This document shows, one piece after another, positions 15,454 to 21,066 of a stretch of DNA of 40,104 nt. The stretch spans positions 1-40,104 of the forward strand of contig CAZIEA010000003.1 in assembly GCA_964538495.1 (NCBI GenBank), in the 5' to 3' direction. The stretch's first letter is position 1, and each line of letters begins with the position of its first letter. Origin of the DNA: an uncultured bacterium (GTDB lineage: Bacteria > Auribacterota > Erginobacteria > Erginobacterales > DAOSXE01). The notes beneath the pieces were generated by a model. The model did not search any database. It was not told where the DNA came from and was given only the letters and a program-made list of their open reading frames with translations. The position numbers were made by a program, and so were the translations under genes.

Positions 15454-16428
15454 ATGATCATAACCAGGACGCCTTTCAGAATCAGTTTCGTGGGGGGGGG
15501 GACCGACCTGCCCGTTTTCTACCGGGAGCACGGGGGGGCGGTGGCCGCCACCGCGATAGACAAGTATGTTTACATTACGGTCAACAAGGCCTTCTGCCGG
15601 AAGATCCGCGTCAGTTACTCCCGGACCGAAATTGTGGACGATGTTTCCGACGTACAGCACCCCTTGGTCCGGGAGGCGATGAAGCTGACCGGGGTGACCG
15701 AAGGGGTGGAGATCACTTCGATCGCGGACATCCCTTCCCAGGGAACCGGCTTGGGGTCTTCCAGCTCTTACACGGTGGGTTTGCTCAAGGCACTCTGGGC
15801 TTACCGGGGGAAATTGAAATCGTCCTGGGAACTGGCCGAGGAAGCCTGCCGGATCGAGATGGACTTTCTCCAGGAACCGATCGGGAAGCAGGACCAGTAT
15901 ATCGCCGCCTTCGGGGGTCTGAAATACATGGAGTTCCAGACGGACGACTCCGTGCTGGTGGAACCCCTGCTCTGCCCCTCGGAGCGCTTGGAGAACCTTG
16001 CCCGCAGCTTGATGTTGTTTTATACCGGCTTGGTCCGTTCGTCCCGCGACATCCTCTCGCGCCAGCGCCGGGAGGCTCCCGGCAAGACCGCGTCTTTGCG
16101 CCGGATGAAAGAACTGGCCCGCGAAATGAAAGACGGCCTGCTCGCCGGCGCCGACCTCAGTCTGGTGGGAGGACTCCTCCACGAAAACTGGGAACTCAAG
16201 CGCCGGTTGGCTCCGGGCATCACCAGCCCGGAAATCGATGCCTTCTACGAGCGGGGCATTCGGGCAGGCGCGCTGGGGGGCAAGCTGCTCGGGGCCGGCG
16301 GGGGGGGCTTCCTCTTGTTTTATGTCCCGTATCCCCGGCAACCGATGGTCCGGGAGGCCCTGGCCGATCTCAGGGAAATCCCTTTTCGGATGGAGCCCCA
16401 GGGCAGCGCAATCATCTATACCGAATAG
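15454..16428 (+). CDS. GHMP-family sugar kinase (HddA/WcbL-like, e.g. heptose-7-phosphate kinase type)
   Basis: N-terminus MIITRTPFRISFVGGGTDLPVFYREHGGAVAATAIDKYVYITV. GHMP motif II DIPSQGTGLGSSSSYTVGLL. C-terminal GGKLLGAGGGGFLLFY. Confidence 0.85.
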   Translation: MIITRTPFRISFVGGGTDLPVFYREHGGAVAATAIDKYVYITVNKAFCRKIRVSYSRTEIVDDVSDVQHPLVREAMKLTGVTEGVEITSIADIPSQGTGLGSSSSYTVGLLKALWAYRGKLKSSWELAEEACRIEMDFLQEPIGKQDQYIAAFGGLKYMEFQTDDSVLVEPLLCPSERLENLARSLMLFYTGLVRSSRDILSRQRREAPGKTASLRRMKELAREMKDGLLAGADLSLVGGLLHENWELKRRLAPGITSPEIDAFYERGIRAGALGGKLLGAGGGGFLLFYVPYPRQPMVREALADLREIPFRMEPQGSAIIYTE

Positions 16429-16447
16429 GCCGCTGCGAACATTCTTT

Positions 16448-16560
16448 TCCACAGATTACATGGATTTTCATAGATTTTTTTTCTTCATGCTCTTCATGAT
16501 CTTCATGGTGAGAAAAGTATTTTCTCTGTGGCCTCTGTTGCCTCTGTGCGTTCTGTGCTG
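16448..16560 (+). repeat. partial mosaic-element copy (A/B modules) plus CTCTGTG-type tandem words
   Basis: TTCCACAGATTACATGGATTTTCATAGATTTTTTTT then CTTCATGCT CTTCATGAT CTTCATGGT (three 9-nt units, against two in other copies). It is followed by ttCTCTGTGg cCTCTGTTg cCTCTGTGcg tTCTGTGctg. Confidence 0.8.
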
Positions 16561-16653
16561 AGATAGCGAGCGAAACCTTAAGCACTGCCCGCATAAAACG
16601 GAAGAGAGCCAAAAATCAAAATAGACGTTTGCGGACCGATTAAGGAGAGAAGG

Positions 16654-17352
16654 ATGCAGCAGCACGGACAGGAAGACCCCTGGTATTCGCCCTCGGACCT
16701 GGAGGCGGCCCTGGAGGAATACCGGCGGCGGCAGGAGAAGGTCTGCCGGCCCTACGCCGACGAGCTCCTGGTGGTGGACGGGCATTCCACCGACGACACC
16801 CGCGAGATCGCCGAATCCCTGGGTTGCCGGGTGGTCCTGGACGCCGGGAAGGGCAAGGGCTGTGGGATCCGGCAGGCTATCGCCGAGGTGACGGGCGACA
16901 TTGTGGTCTTCATTGACGCCGACTACTCCCACCGGCCCGCCGACATCCCGCGGCTGGTGGTCCCCATCCTGCGGGGCGAGGCCGAGCACGTGGTCGGTTC
17001 CCGGCCCCGGGGCGGCTCCGACGAGCTGCACGGGGACCTGGAAAAGTTCGCGCGGATGATCGGCAGCGACATCATCACCCTGGGGATCAACTACCGCTTC
17101 GGGGTGAGATTGAGCGAATCCCAGAACGGTTTCCGGGCCCTCCGGACCGAGGTCGCCCGCCAGCTCGATCTCAAGGAGAACATCACCACCATCGAGCAGG
17201 AGATGACGATCAAGACCCTGGCCCGGGGCTACCGGATCGTCGAGGTGCCCACCCACGAGTATGCCCGGCGCTTCGGGGAATCCAAGATCAGGCTCCCGCG
17301 GGTCTTTTTCCGCTATCTCTTCAGCTGGCTGAAGTACCTGGCCTTTCCCTGA
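16654..17352 (+). CDS. short family-2 glycosyltransferase (DPM1/GtrB-like catalytic domain) with atypical N-terminus
   Basis: LLVVDGHSTDDTREIA...GKGKGCGIRQAI...IVVFIDADYSHRPADIPRLV...VVGSR...NGFRAL. Strong SD AAGGAGAG sits 5-6 nt before the ATG. The usual first strand and motif (xVVIPxxNE) is replaced by EDPWYSPSDLEA. Confidence 0.7.
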   Translation: MQQHGQEDPWYSPSDLEAALEEYRRRQEKVCRPYADELLVVDGHSTDDTREIAESLGCRVVLDAGKGKGCGIRQAIAEVTGDIVVFIDADYSHRPADIPRLVVPILRGEAEHVVGSRPRGGSDELHGDLEKFARMIGSDIITLGINYRFGVRLSESQNGFRALRTEVARQLDLKENITTIEQEMTIKTLARGYRIVEVPTHEYARRFGESKIRLPRVFFRYLFSWLKYLAFP

Positions 17353-17363
17353 GGGGCGGGGCG

Positions 17364-18431
17364 ATGAAGCCGCCGCCCTTTTGCAACCTGGCCCGCCGGG
17401 CGATCGGGGCCCGCTTCGGGACTCCTTCCGCCCCTTTCAAGCTGACCTGGGCGGTGACCTGGCGCTGCAACAGCCGCTGCGCTTCCTGCCGGATCTGGCA
17501 GCGTTCGCCGGGTCCGGAGCTGCCGGTCTCGGATTTCGAGGAAGTTTTTCGAAAAACCCCCTCCCTGGCCTGGATTGACTTGACCGGGGGAGAGCCGACC
17601 CTGCGCGAGGATCTCGCCGAAATCGGCCGGGCGGCGGTTTCCCTCCTGCCCGGGCTCGACCTCCTGCACTTTCCCACCAACGGGCTCCTGCCCGCGCGGC
17701 TGGCGTCGGCGGTGCAGGACATTCTCCGGGCCCGCCCCCGCAAACTCGTGGTCACGGTGAGTCTGGACGGCCCGGAAGCGGTCCACGACCGGCTCCGGGG
17801 CGGGGAGGGTTTTTTCGCCCGTTCGCTCGAGTCCCTGCGCCGGCTCAAAGCTTTGGAATCCCGGCATTTCCGGGTTTTCCCCGGGATGACGCTCTCGGCG
17901 GAGAATTTTCACTTGGTGGGGGAGACTGCCCGGATGCTGGAGAGGGAACTGGAGGGATTCGCCCCGGCCGATCTTCACGTTAACATCGGCGAGATCTCCG
18001 AGCATTTTTACGGGAACGCCGGCTTCGACCTTTCCTTCCGCCCGGTCGCCCTGGAGGAAGTCCGGCGCCACTCCGCCCGGGGGGGCTTCGCCCGGCGCCT
18101 GAGCCCGGCCGGGCTCCTGGAGCGGGCCTATCTCCGGCTGGCCGAAAAATACCTGGCATTGGGGAAGACCCCGATCCCCTGCCGCTCCGGTTCGGTCTCC
18201 TGCTTCATTGATCCCGCCGGGGAGATCTACCCCTGCGCCGTGGAGCCGGAGCGATTGGGAAATATCCGCGAGTACGGATACGACTTGAGGAAAGCCTGGA
18301 AGTCGGAAAAGTTCGCCAGGGCCCGGGCGAGGATTTCCCGCGGCGACTGCCCCCAGTGCTGGACCCCCTGCGAGGCTTACCAGACCTTGCTCTCCGATTT
18401 CCCCGTTCTGCTCTCCCGGGGCCTCTTCTGA
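17364..18431 (+). CDS. radical SAM enzyme with SPASM-type cluster, paralog of 4607-5689
   Basis: CxxxCxxC motif (WRCNSRCASCRIW), then GGEPTL and SLDGPEAVHDRLRG. C-terminal PCRSGSVSCFIDPAGEIYPC...GDCPQCWTPCE. Same length class (355 vs 360 aa) and collinear motifs with 4607-5689. Confidence 0.85.
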   Translation: MKPPPFCNLARRAIGARFGTPSAPFKLTWAVTWRCNSRCASCRIWQRSPGPELPVSDFEEVFRKTPSLAWIDLTGGEPTLREDLAEIGRAAVSLLPGLDLLHFPTNGLLPARLASAVQDILRARPRKLVVTVSLDGPEAVHDRLRGGEGFFARSLESLRRLKALESRHFRVFPGMTLSAENFHLVGETARMLERELEGFAPADLHVNIGEISEHFYGNAGFDLSFRPVALEEVRRHSARGGFARRLSPAGLLERAYLRLAEKYLALGKTPIPCRSGSVSCFIDPAGEIYPCAVEPERLGNIREYGYDLRKAWKSEKFARARARISRGDCPQCWTPCEAYQTLLSDFPVLLSRGLF

Positions 18432-18455
18432 ATCATTCATATGTAGGCCGTGTAA

Positions 18456-18566
18456 AAATTCGAAATTCGAATGACGAAACTCGAATGAAATTCGAAGTCC
18501 GAATGAAGAAATTCGAAACCACTGAGAAGAGTATGTTCCGAGTTTCTGATTTCGAGTTTCGAATTT
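18456..18566. repeat. array of TTCGAA palindromes with 7/14-nt spacing, plus an 11-bp inverted repeat
   Basis: Perfect TTCGAA at 18459, 18466, 18491, 18512 and 18558. One-mismatch variants at 18480, 18498 and 18551. AAATTCGAAAC (18509-18519) is the reverse complement of GTTTCGAATTT (18556-18566). Confidence 0.8.
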
Positions 18567-18573
18567 ATTGGGT

Positions 18574-18639
18574 CTCCTGACTCCTGACTCCTGTTTCCTG
18601 GGTTTTGCCGGATTACGGATCACTGATTACTGATTACGG
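18574..18639 (+). repeat. mosaic-element modules F (CTCCTGA heptads) and E' (GATTACG/GATCACT heptads) upstream of 18675 start
   Basis: CTCCTGA CTCCTGA CTCCTGT TTCCTGG (18574-18601), then gttttgcc, then GGATTACGGATCACTGATTACTGATTACGG (18610-18639), then TTTT and ccagaacc. Same order and orientation as 35903-36000. Confidence 0.8.
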
Positions 18640-18674
18640 TTTTCCAGAACCATTCGTACGGGTCGGGATAGATT

Positions 18675-20216
18675 ATGGGTGCGAGAAAAAGAAAGGCCGG
18701 ACCGGCGCTGTACTTCTGTCTTCTCTTCGCCGTCCTGGGCGTTGTCTACGGTCCGACCTTCCGGTACCCGCCCCGGAGCGACTATTGGTCGGCTTTTTAC
18801 GTTTTCCAGAAGGCCGACGCGGCTGGGCCGATGGGTTGGACTGAGATCCTGGCCTTCGACCTCTGGGGACACGGGACTTACCGGCCCCTCTCGCACCTGG
18901 TGCCGTATTTGCAGCACCGGCTCTTCAGCCCCGATTTCGTCTGGAACCACATCCTCAATTTCGCCTTCTATGGTCTGAGCATCGTCCTGCTTTACCTATT
19001 AGCGGCTAAGCTAGGTCTGGACCGGGTGGTGACCGCGCTCTTCCTGACTGTGTTCGCCTTTCTCTTCTCCCACTTCGACATTCTGGGCTGGAGTTTCCAG
19101 CTTTTCAGTATTCTGGGGTTCTGTTCCTTTCTGTTCGGCTTCATCCTCTACCTGGGCTGGCTGGAATCGGGCCGGAAGGGCATCTTGCCAATCGTGGGAG
19201 GGTTGTTCATTTTCGGGATGCTTCTTTCCGAGGCCTACGCCCTCTGGCCCCTGGCCGTCCTCATTCTTCCCTGGGCCCTCCCCGGCCGGGTTCCCCGCCG
19301 CGGGAAAGCGACCGGATTGCTCCTGGGCGCGGTTTACCTGCTTTACCTGGGGGGATTCGTCCTGCACCGCGCCGCCGCCGTCACCACCGGCGAGCTTCCC
19401 GCCCCTATCCTCGGGCAGATGATGGCCGGGATCTTCGCGAGTTTTTTCAACCTCCTTTACAACGGAATTTTGGTCAACGCCTATCCCCCGCTGGCCCTGC
19501 CGCTCTACTACGACGACAATATGAACCTGGGAGGGGCGCTGCTCAAGATGGGGTCGAACCTGGAGGGGACGGCGTTCTGGTCCGGGGTGGGGGTTTTCGT
19601 CCTGCTCGGCCTGGGGTTTTGGCTCCTGGCCCGGGAGCGGAAAACCCGTGCTCTCGGGTTGTTGGGTTTTGTGCTTTTTCTTTACCTGGCAAATTTCACC
19701 ACCGTGACCGTTGCCCGCCTGACCACCAACCTTGCCCTTTATCCGCTCTCGCAGTTCCGCTACCAGTATGTCCCCAACGCCCTGCTGGGGCTGCTTCTGG
19801 CGGCGGTTTTCGGGGGACTCCGGCCCGGGAAAAGGGGGAAGCTGGTCCTGGGGCTGGTTCTGGCCCCGGTTTTAGCCTTGAACATAGCTGTTTCCCATCG
19901 CCAGGTCGTTTACTTGGGGCAAAGACTTGCTCCGCTGGGAGCGATGCTGGTGAATATCCGCCAGGAGATGGAGGAAGGCCGGATAAGCGGGGAGCGGCCG
20001 CTCTACATCGGCCCGGGCGTGGAAAGGCTGATCCCCTCTCCGGGCTGGAACCGGAGCATGGCCCGGTTCATGAAGGGGAACTTTCAGTGGTTCTTTCCCG
20101 CCTCCGAGCAGGGAAAGTTCACCCTCGACCCTGATGCGGCTTCCTGGGTCGTGACTCCGGAGAGCTTTCCCGCGATCCGGGAAAAGGCGACGCCGCTATC
20201 CCCGAATTCGAACTAA
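18675..20216 (+). CDS. polytopic membrane protein, TMTC/PMT_2-like GT-C candidate (no TPR domain)
   Basis: 513 aa with about 11 or more hydrophobic helices. N-terminal loop PPRSDYWSAFY...WGHGTYRPLSHLVPYLQHRLF...VWNHILNFAFYG shows the YRPL...H..N pattern seen in TMTC/PMT_2-type proteins. Paralog of 24020-25714; both end in PNSN*. Confidence 0.55.
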   Translation: MGARKRKAGPALYFCLLFAVLGVVYGPTFRYPPRSDYWSAFYVFQKADAAGPMGWTEILAFDLWGHGTYRPLSHLVPYLQHRLFSPDFVWNHILNFAFYGLSIVLLYLLAAKLGLDRVVTALFLTVFAFLFSHFDILGWSFQLFSILGFCSFLFGFILYLGWLESGRKGILPIVGGLFIFGMLLSEAYALWPLAVLILPWALPGRVPRRGKATGLLLGAVYLLYLGGFVLHRAAAVTTGELPAPILGQMMAGIFASFFNLLYNGILVNAYPPLALPLYYDDNMNLGGALLKMGSNLEGTAFWSGVGVFVLLGLGFWLLARERKTRALGLLGFVLFLYLANFTTVTVARLTTNLALYPLSQFRYQYVPNALLGLLLAAVFGGLRPGKRGKLVLGLVLAPVLALNIAVSHRQVVYLGQRLAPLGAMLVNIRQEMEEGRISGERPLYIGPGVERLIPSPGWNRSMARFMKGNFQWFFPASEQGKFTLDPDAASWVVTPESFPAIREKATPLSPNSN

Positions 20217-20268
20217 AATTTTGCAGATTTGTTCTTGCGCCACGGCGCCAAGATCGCAAAGGCTTTTA

Positions 20269-20362
20269 CTCTATGCTCTATGCTCTATGCCCTCTGCTCT
20301 ATGCTGAAGCATGTCCACAGATTTCACAGATTTTAACTTCATGTTCTTCATGGTGATAAAAG
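20269..20362 (+). repeat. CTCTATG heptad run followed by A/B modules of the mosaic element
   Basis: CTCTATG x3, CCCTCTG, CTCTATG (20269-20303). Then GTCCACAGATTTCACAGATTTTAACTTCATGTTCTTCATGGTGATAAAAG (20313-20362). Confidence 0.85.
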
Positions 20363-20459
20363 CGGCGGGCCAATCCTCATACCGCATGCTTCACGACGTT
20401 TTCACAGAGAAATCAGATTCAATCAGGCGAAAGATTTGCGCATCCCGAAACCTGATTTT

Positions 20460-20512
20460 TCAGTTGAAGAGGGCCAGCTCGGCCAGGGAGTAGAAATTGT
20501 AGCGGCTGCCGT
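20460..20512 (-). pseudogene. relic 3' end of a third discoidin-domain gene
   Basis: The reverse strand reads ..LNGSRYNFYSLAELALFN*. By my hand alignment about 80% of nucleotides match the 3' end of 23139-23735 (..DGSRYNFYSLAELALFK*). There is no upstream coding body, and the fragment abuts the stop of the TPR ORF at 20513. Confidence 0.6.
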
Positions 20513-21013
20513 TCAGTTTATATAACCCAAAGCTTTCAATTGTTTTATTGTTTCTCGGCTGGGTGTAAAACTTTTCGTATAATCATTTTCATAGAATGCC
20601 AGAAAACTTTCAGTTTCACTGCGAACTTTTTCAGCGAGTGTGCGCATATCGCTCAAGATATCATTCCTGAGGAAAAGATTATTTTGCTCCTTCTTGTCTT
20701 TATCGTTGTCAAAAAGAGACATATCTTCATATTCCCAGCGCCAGGAAGGACGGAGCGCTACCGCTTTGCGGCCCATATCCGCGGCTTTCGCAGGATTTCC
20801 TTCTTTATGGTAAAGATATGATAGCTCAACATATACTTGGGATTCGTCTGCCCCCAATCTCAAAGCCTTGTAAAAAGTCTGTTCGGCGTCTGAAAACCTA
20901 TTGGTTTCACGATAAAGCCGCCCCCACGCTATCTGCAATTCTCCATTGTCCGGGTCAATGGTCTCGGCTTTCCGGTAGATTGTTTTCGCCTGATCGTACT
21001 TTTTGCTTCGCAA
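20513..21013 (-). CDS. TPR-repeat ORF, most likely the frameshifted C-terminal part of the sulfatase-TPR gene 21067-23067
   Basis: The TPR repeat continues upstream of the listed start in the same frame (..TYRKLIASDPNNSLGYLLLGNTYLRSKKYDQAKTIYRKAETIDPDN). It ends ..LKALGYIN*, resembling ..LRSLGYL* at the end of sulfatase paralog 25896-27797. Confidence 0.7.
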   Translation of the reverse strand: MRSKKYDQAKTIYRKAETIDPDNGELQIAWGRLYRETNRFSDAEQTFYKALRLGADESQVYVELSYLYHKEGNPAKAADMGRKAVALRPSWRWEYEDMSLFDNDKDKKEQNNLFLRNDILSDMRTLAEKVRSETESFLAFYENDYTKSFTPSRETIKQLKALGYIN

Positions 21014-21066
21014 ATAGGTATTTCCCAGGAGCAGGTATCCCAGACTGTTGTTCGGATCGGAAGCAA

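Noticed and set aside
20311-20493. Possible hydrophobic micropeptide encoded by the A/B repeat modules (MSTDFTDFNFMFFMV.., LSTDFTDFIFMIFMV*, FSTDYMDFHRFFFFMLFMIFMV..).
   Set aside because: The apparent peptide conservation follows trivially from 9-nt periodic DNA words. The copy at 38858 is frame-broken by an indel. Only one copy has an ATG, none has an RBS, and stop positions differ.
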